Below, piece by piece: positions 25,741 through 37,885 of a stretch of 64,000 nt of DNA. Numbering within the stretch: the stretch's first letter is position 1; each line of letters starts with the position of its first letter. Below the pieces are notes generated by a model. That model was not told the origin of the DNA, did not search any database, and saw nothing but the letters and a program-made list of their open reading frames with translations. Source of the DNA: Octopus vulgaris. Its lineage: Eukaryota. The stretch lies in contig OX597820.1 of NCBI GenBank assembly GCA_951406725.2, forward strand, positions 4,278,001 through 4,342,000, in the 5' to 3' direction. Made by a program: the position numbers and the translations under genes.

Positions 25741-28700
25741 AACATCTATTCATCATCATCATTTAACATCCGATTTACTTGCTGGCATGGGTTGGATGAT
25801 TTGATAAAATCTGGTGAGTAGCAACAGGCTGCATCAAGCTCCAATGTCTATGGGTTACAGTTGAGTGTCTTTCCTAATATCAACCACATCATAGGATGCA
25901 CTGATCCCAGTGAGGTCACCAAATAAACTACAAGACAGGAGAAGAACAGAAAAAAGCTCCCTTGACAAAGCAAGGGGGTAATATTTGAAAGGTCGGGGTG
26001 GTTCTATGCCAGGTGTTGAGAGGCTAAAGTACATAAGAGAAATTAGCATGGCTGTCTTGCTATAGAGCCAGTCAGTGCTTATTGCGTGCCACCAGCACAG
26101 GAGCCAGTCAGGTGGCACTGGCACTGGACACACAGAAAATACTAAATAAGAACTTGTTCAGGAGTCTGCTTCAATTCAATTTATTGTTGCATTAGCAGAG
26201 GGGGGGGGGAATCTTTAGGAGAAGAGTCTGTTAATTTCTAAATGAAGATGAGACGATGGGGGTCACGCAGCTGACCTGATGGAGAAAAGCAAATAAGATT
26301 AGCTACATGAACTTTTTTTCACAGAGTCTTGACTTCTTTGGCAACTGTTCAGACTTCTCGGCTGAAAATGCCAGTCTTCCAGTGAGACAAATTACAAATC
26401 GTGGTGATAAAGTCGATAAATAAATTATGTAACTCCCCATCTTTACAATGCATCGAGTATTTTGTCGAAGATGGTCTTTGTTTTTTTTAGCTAAGAGTAC
26501 TGACCATGCACAGAGAAACAGTAGCTTACATCTAATTCATTATGCATATTCATCACCAGTTTAACATCCATTTTTACATGTCTACATGGGTCAGATGGGA
26601 GTTTATTGAGGTAGATTTTTCCACAGCTGGACACGCCTCCTGTCAACGACCCCAACCTGTTCCCAAGCAAAAAAGTTGTGTTTCGAATGTGAACAGCACA
26701 ATTGCCAAACATGCTTTCACGGAAGAGCGCAAACAACATTTGTTGACAACTGTTGCATGATACCAAAACAAGAAGACACACAGACACACATATGTGACAG
26801 GTTTACGTGCAGTTTCTGTCTACCAAATCCACTCACAAGGCTTTGATCAGCCTGAGACTATAACAGAACACACTTGTCTCAAATGGGAAGGAAGCACGCA
26901 TCCTAACCACACAGCCATGTGCACATGAAAGAGCGTGGATCTATGTATATGTGTGTGTGTGTGTGTTGCCAGTGCCCCCTGACTGGCCCCTGTGCCAGTG
27001 GCATGTAAAAAGCACCATTCAAGTGTGGTTGATGCCAGTACTGCCTGACTGGCCCTCATGCTGGTGGCACATAAAAAGCACCCACTACACTCTCGGAGTG
27101 GTTGGCGTTAGGAAGGGCATCCAGCTGTAGAAACCTTGCCAGATCAGATTGGAGCCTGGTGCAGCCTCCAGGCTTGCCAGCCCTCAGTCAAACCGTCCAA
27201 CCAATGCCAGCATTAATTCCCATTTTCCATGCAGGGTCGGACAGTTTGATAGGAGCTGGCGAGGCCAGCAGCCACACCTGGTTTGATAGTCTCTCTTGGC
27301 ACGGTTTCTATGGCAGGATGTCCTTCCTAACACCAACTGTTATTGCCTAGGGAGACCCAGGAAGACATCAGACGAAATATTGGAAGCCAATCTCAAAACA
27401 CAGCCATAGGAAGGAGATGAGAAAGGATTGAGGCATTTGGTGTTTGGCTGTACACACGATGGCCTGCTCACCACAACAGAACAAAACTGATATCCCAAAC
27501 CTATCTTGGTAGTCCTTGCCCAGGAAGGGTACTGGTGCTAGTGACACGTAAAAAGTACCCAGTACACTCTGTAAAGTAGTTGGTGTTAAGAAGGGCATCC
27601 AAGTGTAGAAACCATGTCAAAACAGACAATGGAACCTAGTACAGCTCCTGTCAAACAGTCCAACCCATGCAAGTTTGTTAACTGATGGGGATTCAATATG
27701 TACACCCACCCCTGATTATGTACTCCACCCCTTTCTAATGTCCAGAGAGTCTTCAGCTTAGTGGATCCCTGCTTGGCAAATACATCTGGCCAGGAGCATG
27801 AGGGTTGCTACCATCGTGACCCAAAACCACCAATCTATTTGCAAACTACCCCAAGAGCACCTGAAGGAATTCATACACTACAACCACCCCTACCGGCCTA
27901 CATTATGTCCTGACCCCCCCTCTACTGCTGCCTCAATGTGAGCATCATTAACAACTTAAGAGAGATGCAAGCCTTAGAGGAAGTGGCCAAACTAGTGAAA
28001 TTTTGAATAAAGAGACGTGGACCCTGTAAGTCACAATGAAGGCAACCAGCCAAGGAGAGTAAATTTGAATAAACCTGATAGTGCTTGGAACTCAAGAAAC
28101 TGTAGCCTGTTTATTATAATAAACTGGATGGTTATAGGTAGGGTAACCAGCCTATAAGGCCATTCTGAAATCATAATAGTCAAAAATTCCAATGAGAAAC
28201 CCTAATGATATGAAGAAATTCAACTGACCCACTACCAAAATCCTCCTGTCAGCTGTGTGTATAATTCTAGGAGATAAAAAAATGATTGGCTCACATCAAT
28301 TGTGTTAGCTGGCACTTAATTATATCTCCTTCCTGCAGAAGGCATCTATGAGAAATATTCCACAGAGAACATTTTAATTTGTAAACTCAAACTATTTTCA
28401 TACCAAACTACAAGTTATCTCCTTGGGACCAAGTGGTTTCACCGAGGAACTTCAATAAGACCAAAACATACCTAAAGTTTTTACCTTAGTTACCAGCGAT
28501 CAGACAAATCCCTTCATTTGTCTAATTAAATTCTGCATCATTTCAACTTCCGGAATAAGAAGAAATTTCGTTAACAGTTCTAATTTCAGTTGGTTAAAAA
28601 TCATTTCAGTTCACCCCATCGTGTTAGCCTACACTATATACATACACATACAAGGAATGTGTCTGTGGTTGAGAAGTTCGCTTCAGAACCACGTGGTTTC

Positions 28701-29795
28701 GGGTTCAATCTCACAGCACGACCAAGTGTCTTCGAACCGACCAATGTTCTGCGAGTGGAATTTGATAGAGAGAAACTATGCGAGGGTCCATTGTATGTGT
28801 GTATGAGGCCGTGTTATATTCTGAAAATCGCTGTTGTTTATGTGGTGTCTCTTTGGGCTTCGTAATCGAGAGGTTCGACAGATAGATCTTGATAAAGCTA
28901 AATACCGGACTAACAGAAGTACGAAACCCTTGCGGATCGCAGTCCAAAGATTTGATACCAGTAAAATAGTACCGGAATCTCTATATCTATATTAGGATTG
29001 GTAATAGTGCGTTAAATCATTGAAGAATATTAATGAAAATTTTTTTAAAAAAAGGAGTTGGATCGTCAAGGAATTAATACGGGATGGAGGGGAGGAGAGG
29101 GGGGGGCTAACCTCTAAAACCACGTGATAAAGTACAACAGTTGGGAGAGAGGGAGGGAGGGAGAGCGGAACAGTGGAGGGAGAGTGGGAGGAACAGTAGA
29201 GAAAGAGAGAGAGGGAGAGAGAGTGAGTGGGGGAAAGAGAGATTCTATCAAGGAGCGACGTCGAGTTTGAAACAGAAATATAGAAAGTGACATTTTACCT
29301 AAACTTATAATTACTCTTTATATATCAACGGAATGCTGTTAAACGTTGCATTTTCGGGGTTTTTTTTTTTTTCTTCTGTGTAGAAAATAAATCCCTGCTA
29401 TCATAAAATTTTCCTGAAGTTAGTTAATTCTATGTGCCTGAGTCTCCTCTATATCAGCCAGGACTAAAATTAAACTACTTGTCTAAAACATTTTAACAGT
29501 GCGACGTCTGTGGTTAACAGTTGCGGCAAACTGGAGTATGGTGGAGGGGAAAGACTAGAATATTATAAGAGGGCACCTACTATTTCCTATGCTTCAATGG
29601 CAGCATAGTAACACGTGTGTTAACCAGTCACATAAATATATATATCATATCATATCATATATTATATAAGTCGAATGGTTAATGTAAGTGATAAGACAGT
29701 CATGAACCAAACACACACACACATATATATATATTCACACATACACACCGATACATATACACACACAATATATATTTTCACACACACACACACAC

Positions 29796-29840
<45 letters not shown>

Positions 29841-30087
29841 CACAGACAAAGCTAAATAGTAAAGGACACACCCACATTCCTGCTATCTCCTCTCCATTTA
29901 CATAGCTAACCTTTCACAAGATGAAAACTAGCATTCCTTTGCTCAAGTAATTTGAAATCTTCCCCCAAACTTAACCGATTAAGAAGGCTAAATAAATTAT
30001 GGAAACATTTTATTATTACGGCAGAAAGCCTGACCCAACCCACCATTTTATTAACAGGACATATATGTGCATGATGATGATGATGAT

Positions 30088-30173
<86 letters not shown>

Positions 30174-30409
30174 GTGTGTATGTGAGTGTGTGCAAGTTAG
30201 CTCGGGAACAGGAACTGGAACGAAAGGCTTTTATCAAGACAGTTTTGTAGATATATTTAAAAGCAGAGAAAGTGAAGAAGAGAACCTGTGTGTGTGAGTG
30301 AGTGATATAAGCGGAGGGCAACTCAGGTGATTAAAGAGTTATTAAACAACATTTATAAACAGATCAGGGAAGAAGAATTACAGTATTTTGAGAAACAATT
30401 GCAACTTAC

Positions 30410-30467
30410 CTGCACTTTTTAAAAGGTCATCATAATATTCCGTTGCTTTTGTGATGAAAGAAGTCAT
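30410..30467 (-). CDS. ELOVL: First coding exon of a putative very-long-chain fatty-acid elongase (ELOVL1/7-like); rest of gene not found in window
   Basis: AACAAAATG start context; 19 codons MTSFITKATEYYDDLLKSA plus 1 nt (G), then CAG|GTAAG donor. ELOVL genes have a short first coding exon ending in a phase-1 intron in the Asp of DPRV (human ELOVL1 ...LYQEVMKHA-D, ELOVL7 ...LYDNWIKDA-D). Only 19 aa, so identity is tentative. Confidence 0.55.
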
Positions 30468-30811
30468 TTTGTTAGATTTTTAGATCCTTTAAAAGTCTTC
30501 AATATGAAAATGTTAAATTGCAAGGAATGAACAAGTTAAAGAATAAATCAAGAAATATCGACGAATTATTTTAAATTATCAACTTTAAATAAATATATAT
30601 TAGTATAATTGATATAATTATATATATATATAATTATATATATATATAATTTTACTATATATAATTGTGTAATTTTATATATTTTAATGGTAAATGCTGG
30701 TGCCAATATTGTGTAAGTCCACAGATCAGGACTAAAATATTTGACACCCTCTCGTCTCCATTTAAATAGAAAATAAATATGTCAAAATTTGTTTCTGCAG
30801 CAACTTTTGGT

Positions 30812-31085
30812 CTTAATTGCCAGTGTGGTGCGTGTGTGTATATATATGTGTGAATATGCCCTTAATTGTCAGCAACTGTAAGAGTGTACGTATATGTGAC
30901 CTTAATTGTCGGTGTGGTGTATGTGAATGTATGTATATATCAATGTGTGTCCTTAAATGCCAGTTTAAGTGTGTGTATAGACGTGTCCTTAATTGCTTTT
31001 GTGAGTGCATATATATTATGAATGTGTCCTTAATTGTCAGTGTGAATATATATGTGTGTGTGTGTGTGTGCGTGTGTCCTTAGTG
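30812..31085. repeat. Degenerate minisatellite: six CTTAA(T/A)TG(C/T) cores spaced 36-51 bp apart
   Basis: Cores at 30812, 30861, 30901, 30952, 30988 and 31029, separated by GT/AT-rich spacers. Confidence 0.75.
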
Positions 31086-31089
31086 TTGA

Positions 31090-31410
31090 GATCCTAGCCC
31101 CGAATAACGAGCGTGGCCAAGGAAGCTGGTTCGCTGGAAGTTAATAGAGTTGTGGAGCGGAACCAGTAAACCTGGCAAGTGACCCTTTCTGTAGGCGACG
31201 ATGACGCGCTGGCGCGCGCACGACTCGCTTTCTGTGTCTGATGTGTGCGTGTGCGTGAGTGCGTGCGTGTGTGAGTGTGTGCAGTAGCCGGTATGTTGCG
31301 GCGGCCGTTGCCGGTGTAAGAGTAAAACTGTCGCTTGTGGAAAAAAATGAACACCGACGTGAAACACCTGTAGAAAGCGTTAAGATTACGACGATTTGGA
31401 GATTAGCGCA
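31090..31410. promoter_or_regulatory. CpG-rich promoter-like region upstream of the putative ELOVL exon
   Basis: Dense CpGs (GACGATGACGCGCTGGCGCGCGCACGACTCGC; GCGGCGGCCG) in non-repeat sequence within a CpG-poor window, 0.6-0.9 kb 5' of the ATG. Confidence 0.5.
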
Positions 31411-32114
31411 CCAAACTATTACTTTGTTCGCTAACTTTCATTCTTGATTAGATTTTCTTTTTACACACACACACACACACATACACACATACACACACAT
31501 ACACACACACACACGCATGAGGAAAGAGAGAGAGAGAAACCTCGGATCGGTTGCCTATGTCCACCTTATAGGAATGTATATACAAAAATAGAATTATCAA
31601 AAATAATCAGCATGTAGGAATAATATTAATTACATACAAAATTTAATGTGGGACATATAAACAACAGCCGCACAAGAATAGATGTTTATATTTTAAGAAG
31701 AAAATATTTGATGATGAACGTATAAATTTGGTACTCTAATCTCCATAATTAAGTGGATGATAAAGAATTTTATGATCGGAAAATAACGTGCGTAGGAATT
31801 CAATATGTATTGGGAGCTCAGTTTAATTCATTATCAAGTTTAACCCAATATGGTCCTTGGATGCCTTTAGCGTGTTCCGGGTCTCCGCATTGGGGACACC
31901 CTCTTCCATCTCGCTCACCAACCTGTCTCAAGTTCTGAAAAGGGTCCAGAGCATTGACTTCTCTCCCGACTAAAAGATTAAAACAAAATATATCGTCTGG
32001 AAGCGTTTATTGAGACAGACTCGTGCATACTCCTCGTGTTCTTCAGTCGGAGCAATGAGGACCATCGAGGATTTCTTTGTTTAAAGCGAAGAAGAGTTGC
32101 ACATTGTCGTCCCC

Positions 32115-32163
<49 letters not shown>

Positions 32164-32749
32164 AGTTGTGAACATGGTCAGTCATAGGACATGACCAAGT
32201 CGAGACGACTGGAGTTGGAGACGGGTGAAGCTGATGGCCAAGATGTCTTACTTGCCTCCTCTTACCCTCTGCACTCCATTCTGCTGCTGCTGCTGCCTTC
32301 CCCTCTGTAAAACCACGAACGTTTCCTCTGTTGAGACTGCCAGAACCAGTCTTCCCGTGCACAGGCAGGCAAGCACTCATTTCCTTATTAATCCGTAGCA
32401 GAGACCCTGACAGGTGCCGTTATCCTGGGTCACAGTAAACCAGGGAACAAAAGGTGGCTAAGCGGTGGTTCCACATTCCTTCAAAACACTGGAACTCCAG
32501 TACCAGGAGTCTTTTACTGGATGCAGTTTAAAGTCACACTCAGGATACACACACACACACACATCTAAAGTAATAATGCATCGTTCTGTATGATGTGCAA
32601 GAGTGGAGGTGTGGTTGGTGGGAAATATCAATGAAGTAAGGTGAGAGAGAGAGAGAAGTGTCTCAGAAAGGAGGAGGATAGACCAGAAGGTAAGGAGATG
32701 ATGTGCAAAGTATAGGAGTGATGGAGAGGAAGATATGAGGGTAAGATAT

Positions 32750-32970
32750 AAGGCGGTGAGCGGGCAGAAACGTTGGCATGCTGGGTGAAATGTTTAGTGG
32801 TATTTTGTCTGCTGTTATGTTCTGAGTTCAGATTCTGCCAAGGTCAACTTTGCCTTTCATCCTTTTGGGATCGATAAATTAAGTACCAGTTATGCACTGG
32901 GGTCGATGAGATCGACTTAATCCCTTTGTCTGTCCTTGTTTGTCCTCTTAGTGGGTAGTAAAGAAATAAG
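32750..32970 (+). mobile_element. SINE with Meta-domain-like core
   Basis: GGTCAACTTTGCCTTTCATCCTTTTGGGATCGATAAATTAAGTACCAG resembles the MetaSINE central domain; B-box-like GAGTTCAGATTC upstream. Confidence 0.65.
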
Positions 32971-33339
32971 ATATGAGGGTGTGTACAGTAGGTGGATATG
33001 AGAGGATGTTGAGAATGATGAGTTGATAAGATGGAGTATAGTAGAGGAGGGGAGGGCTATCTGAAAGCACAGTAAAATATTTGGTGGGAATAGTGTGGGA
33101 ACATAAGGAAGGTTGAAAATAGGGGATGGGAGGTTCCGTAGGGAAGGAGGAGGAAACTGGTTGTGGAAAGGAAGCAGGGGTAGTTATATGTGTTCATTCT
33201 GCTCCCAAGCAATTACAACCTTTGGGTCGTACCTAAAACAGAGGAGTAATTGTGTGTGTGGGGGGTGAGGGTGAAATTAGGGGCAGAATAAGCTACAAGC
33301 ATACTTGGGATGGTTTTAGGAACTCATTTTTACTGCGGT

Positions 33340-34900
33340 GGACAAGTTTTCTTGAACACAGCAAATCTCCACTCATCTCTGTCCTTTATCATCTCCTCTG
33401 TTAGGCTCAACATTTTGAGATCCACCTTCACTACTCCATCCCAAGTCTTGCTGGATCTCTCTCTTCCACAAGTTTCATCCACTCTAAGCAGTCCTTATGA
33501 TCGAACCATCACAGTCTTCTTCTCTCTTGCAAACCACATCTGATTCCTCTGATGCCTTTTTGTTCTCTCAATACTTTAGCACTTAGATGTACAAACACAC
33601 TGATGCTGCACATCCAACAGAACATTCTAGCTTCATTCCTCTCTAGTCTTCACACGTCTTCTCCATTCAGGGCCCATGTCTCACAACAATGTCGCTTGCT
33701 GTTTGTACACATTCATGATACAATCTGCCTTTCACTCCGAGAAAGACATTTTGTTACTAACAGAGGTAAAAGCTCTGAATTTTCTCCATCCTGTTCTTAT
33801 TCTAGCAACTTTATATTCAGAAATCCATCTTCCCTGCTAATTAGGTTACTTGGTCAACTGAAGCTAGTAATTACCTTTAGAGAGCCTCCAGGGCATTCGA
33901 AAAACTATGTCCCGTGCGTCCATCATGTTTCTTGTTCTAGCACATCATTCATATTCAAACACTCGTTTCTCCATTAATCTTCCCAATATTTTGCTGCACC
34001 CTTTGTATGTCTATAACTGGCACTGGGAACACTTTATAGAATTTCTGCCAACACCACCCTGCATATCAAGTTGGGCCATTTATTGAGTGGGGTACAGTCC
34101 TGTCTGCTTTCCTGCTGTGGCCTTTGCTATATTAATTTCAAGACCCTTCAATTCCAGGTTTTGTTTCCATATCTGGAACCTCCTTTATAATTCTACTATA
34201 GATTCTACTCAGAGAACAAGGTCATCAGCATATAATATTTCCCAAGAGCAGCCAGTCTTAACAAACCTCTGTTAATGGCTTGGAGGACAATGATGAAAAG
34301 GACTGAAAAATTAACCCTGGTGAACACCTACTTGTACTCTTAATTCATCATGGTACTCACACTTTACTGACAGTATCCTTGTACATGGTTTTTATGGCTT
34401 TCATAAGCCATTTATCTACCCCTAGTTTCTGCAGAAACTACCAGATCATGAAGAAAGGGATTCTGTTGAAGACATTCTCCAGGTCATACTTTTTTCCAGG
34501 TACAAAACCAAACTGCATCTAATCTCGTCCAATTCTGTTCCCAATGAATTGGGCTGTAAACTTCTCTCTGTAATCTTCATGACCTGGGCCAGCAATTTGA
34601 TACTTCTGTAATTCTAAGACAATCTCCTTTATCCTTGTAACAACTGACTTTAATGTTGCTAATCCAGTCATTGTGGGGAATGACATCTTCCTGCATAACT
34701 TGATTAACTGAGTGTGACAAGGCTGCAGCCAGATATTTTAAGCATCTCAGGGGTGAGGGCCACCGGATCTCACCACTCGCACTGGTGAATATCCACCAAA
34801 TCTTTTAAGTTTCCCGGTGGTGATTCCTAATGGACCAGGGACTTTCTTTGCCTTATCTATCATACCACTGTCAATTCAGATTGCCAGTCCCTCTGTTGGG
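33340..34900 (-). mobile_element. Old degenerate RTE LINE (RT to 3' end)
   Basis: Minus strand colinear with 35020-36380 (MQFGFVPGK, KTGCSWEILYADDLVL, KTWDGVVK) with stops and indels. Confidence 0.85.
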
Positions 34901-34923
34901 TTAAAGTGGTTTTGCCCTTAATT

Positions 34924-35021
34924 TATACAGCAAGAAGAAAATGGAGAAGATCCAGAGGTGTTATGCATCAACTGTTAAACATTACAATGTCTATTTATTT
35001 ATTTTAAACAATTATGAGAAT
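34924..35021 (+). repeat. Left arm of a ~100-bp inverted repeat (partner 37283-37386)
   Basis: TATACAGCAAGAAGAAAATGGAG..GATCCAGAGGTGT...CAACTGTTA.ACATTA.AATGTCTATTTAT.TATTTTAAACAATTAT.AGAAT recurs in reverse complement at 37283-37386. Confidence 0.85.
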
Positions 35022-36380
35022 CGAGAGAGAGTTAGTTTAGATGAGATGCAGTTTGGGTTCGTGCCAGGGAAAAGTACCACTGATGCTATATTCCTGGTAA
35101 GGCAGCTGCAGGAGAAATACCTAGCCAAAGATAAGCCCCTGTACCTGGCTTTCATTGACATGGAGAAAGCTTTTGATAGGGTCCCCCGATCCCTTATCTG
35201 GTGGTCTATGAGGAAACTAGGGATAGATGAATGGCTGGTGAGGACTGTGCAAGCCATGTACAGAGATGCCGTAAGTAAGGTTAGGGTTGGCAACATGTAT
35301 ACAGAAGAATTCAAAGTAGAGGTTGGGGTCCACCAGGGTTCAGTACTCAGCCCCCTCCTATTTATCATAGTCCTCCAGGCAATTACAGAGGAATTCAAGA
35401 CAGGTTGCCCCTGGGAGCTCCTCTACGCTGATGACCTTGCTCTAATTGCTGAGTCACTATCAGAACTGGAGGAGAAGTTCCAGGTGTGGAAGGAGGGTTT
35501 AGAATCGAGGGGCCTTAGAGTCAACCTAGCTAAAACCAAAGTACTAATAAGTAGGAAGGTAGACAATCCACAAATATCTTCAGGAAGATGGCCCTGCTCG
35601 ATCTGTAGAAAAGGTGTAGGTAGAAACTCTATAAGATGTACCCAGTGTAAGCTATGGACACATAAGAGGTGCAGCAATGTCAAAGGTAGGCTAACTGGGA
35701 AGATAGTTTTTGTATGTGGCAGATGCTCGGGAGCATTAACCTCCGAAAATCTGCAGAAAACAACTTCCGTCACTTTCCAGGGGGAAAAACTAGAAGTAGT
35801 TGATAGCTTCTGTTATCTAGGTGACCAAGTCAGTAGTGGGGGTGGGTGCGCTGAGAGTGTAACTGCTAGAATAAGAATAGCCTGGGCAAAGTTTAGGGAG
35901 CTCTTACCTCTGCTGGTGACTAAAGGCCTCTCGCTCAGAGTAAAAAGCAGACTGTATGATGCATGTGTACGAACAGCCATGCTACATGGCAGTGAAACAT
36001 GGGCTGTGACCGCTGAGGACATGCGTAAGCTCATGAGGAATGAAGCCAGTATGCTCCGATGGATGTGTAATGTCAGTGTACTTACTCGACAGAGCGTTAG
36101 TACCTTGAGAGAAATGTTGTACCTAAGAAGCATCAGTTGTGGTGTGCAAGAGAGACGATTGCGCTGGTATGGTCATGTGGCGAGAATGGATGAAGATAGG
36201 TGTGTGAGAAAGTGCCAATCCCTAGCAGTTGAGGGAACCCGTGGAAGAGGTAGACCCAGGAAAACCTGGGACGAGGTGGTGAAGCACGACCTTCGAACTT
36301 TAGACCTCACTGAGGAAATGACCAGCGACCGAGACGTTTGGAAATATGCTGTACGTGAGAAGACCAGGCAGGACAAGTGA
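34941..36380 (+). CDS. RTE LINE reverse transcriptase ORF (5'-truncated, open for 479 aa) with PHD-like C4HC3 insert; first ~27 aa come from the flanking repeat
   Basis: [66 protein letters not shown]. Confidence 0.92.
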   Translation: MEKIQRCYASTVKHYNVYLFILNNYENRERVSLDEMQFGFVPGKSTTDAIFLVRQLQEKYLAKDKPLYLAFIDMEKAFDRVPRSLIWWSMRKLGIDEWLVRTVQAMYRDAVSKVRVGNMYTEEFKVEVGVHQGSVLSPLLFIIVLQAITEEFKTGCPWELLYADDLALIAESLSELEEKFQVWKEGLESRGLRVNLAKTKVLISRKVDNPQISSGRWPCSICRKGVGRNSIRCTQCKLWTHKRCSNVKGRLTGKIVFVCGRCSGALTSENLQKTTSVTFQGEKLEVVDSFCYLGDQVSSGGGCAESVTARIRIAWAKFRELLPLLVTKGLSLRVKSRLYDACVRTAMLHGSETWAVTAEDMRKLMRNEASMLRWMCNVSVLTRQSVSTLREMLYLRSISCGVQERRLRWYGHVARMDEDRCVRKCQSLAVEGTRGRGRPRKTWDEVVKHDLRTLDLTEEMTSDRDVWKYAVREKTRQDK

Positions 36381-36915
36381 GCCAAGCCCACTTATGAATG
36401 CCTTTCCTCCCTTGGACACAAAGACCTGTTGAGGCAAGCGAAGTCAATATAGAACCTCATCCGACGACAGGCACCCATGCCAACCCCCCTTGCTTGCGAA
36501 GACATGTTGGGGCAAGCGAAAGCGAAATCGAAATCGAATTGAACCAGCCAGGATCCCTGGTCTGGTAGTACGTAAAAAGCACTATCCGACTCGTGGCTGA
36601 TGCCAGCGCTGCCTCGACTGGCTTCCGTGCCGGTGGCACATAAAATACTCCAATCCGACCGTGGCCCTGCCAGCCTCTACACCAATCCGACCGTGGCCGT
36701 TGCCAGCCTCGCCTAGCACCTGTGCAGGTGGCACATAAAAAGCACCCACTACACTCACGGAGTAGTTGGCGTTAGGAAGGGCATCCAGTTGTAGAAACAT
36801 TGCCAGATAAGACTGGAGCCTGGTGCAGCCTTCTGGCTTCCCAGACCCCAGTAGAACCGTCCAACCCATGCTAGCATGGAGAACGGACGTTAAACGATGA
36901 TGATGATGATGATGA
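35020..36915 (+). mobile_element. Young 5'-truncated RTE-clade LINE with repeat-containing 3' UTR and (GAT)n tail
   Basis: Open RT frame, stop at 36378-36380, 3' UTR with GTGCCGGTGGCAC units, tail GTTAAACGATGATGAT. Confidence 0.92.
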
Positions 36916-37282
36916 TCTTCATCATCATCATTGTTTAATGTCCACTTTCCCTGCTAGCATGGGATTGGACGATTTGACTGAGGTCTGGTGAGCCAGATGG
37001 CTGCACCATGGTTCAATCTGATCTGGCAGAGTTTCAACAGCTAGATGCCTTTCCTAATGCCAACCACTCCGAGAGTGTAGTGGGTGCTTTTACGTGCCAC
37101 CAGTACGAGGACCAGTTTGGTGGTACTGGCAACGGCCACACCCAAATGGTGCTTTTTATGTGCCACCTGCACAGGATCCAGTCCAGGTGGCACTGGTGAC
37201 AACCTCGCTCGAATGTTTCACGTGCCACCAGCACAAGTTCTAGTAAGGCGATGCGGTAACGATAGTTCTAGTAAGGTGACGA

Positions 37283-37386
37283 TATTCTAATAATTGTTTA
37301 AAATACATAAATAGACATTATAATGTCTAACAGTTGATAACAGTTGATACACACCTCTGGATCCCCTCCATTTTCTTCTTGCTGTA
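37283..37386 (-). repeat. Right arm of the ~100-bp inverted repeat (partner 34924-35021)
   Basis: Direct reverse-complement match; abuts (TA)n. Confidence 0.85.
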
Positions 37387-37417
37387 TATATATATATATA
37401 TACACTGTTATATATAT

Positions 37418-37495
<78 letters not shown>

Positions 37496-37499
37496 GGAT

Positions 37500-37885
37500 A
37501 TATGGAAGCACTCCGTCGGTTACGACGACTAGGGTTCCGGTTGATCCGATCAACGGAACAGCCTGCTCGTGAAATTAACGTGTAAGTGGCTGAGCACTCC
37601 ACAGACACATGTACCCTCAACGCAGTTCTCGGGGATATTCAGCATGACACAGAGAGTGACAAGGCCGGCCCTTTGAAATACAGGTACAACAGAAACAGGA
37701 AGTAAGAGTGAGAGAAAGTTGTGGTGAAAGAGTCCAGCAGGGATCATCACCATCCCCTGCCGGAGCCTCGTGGAGCTTTAGGTGCTTTCACTCAATAAAC
37801 ACTCACAATGCCTGGTCTGGGAATCGAAACCGCGATCCTACGACCGTGAGTCTGCTGCCCTAACCACTGGGCCATTGCGCCTCCA
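37500..37885 (-). mobile_element. tRNA-derived SINE (family of 24334-24710)
   Basis: Minus strand GGAGGCGCAATGGCCCAGTGGTTAGGG...GGTTTCGATTCCC. Confidence 0.85.

Noticed and set aside
30812-31085. Repeat-spacer pattern resembling a CRISPR array
   Set aside because: Cores are ~10 bp, spacers are low-complexity and irregular, context is eukaryotic, and there are no cas genes.
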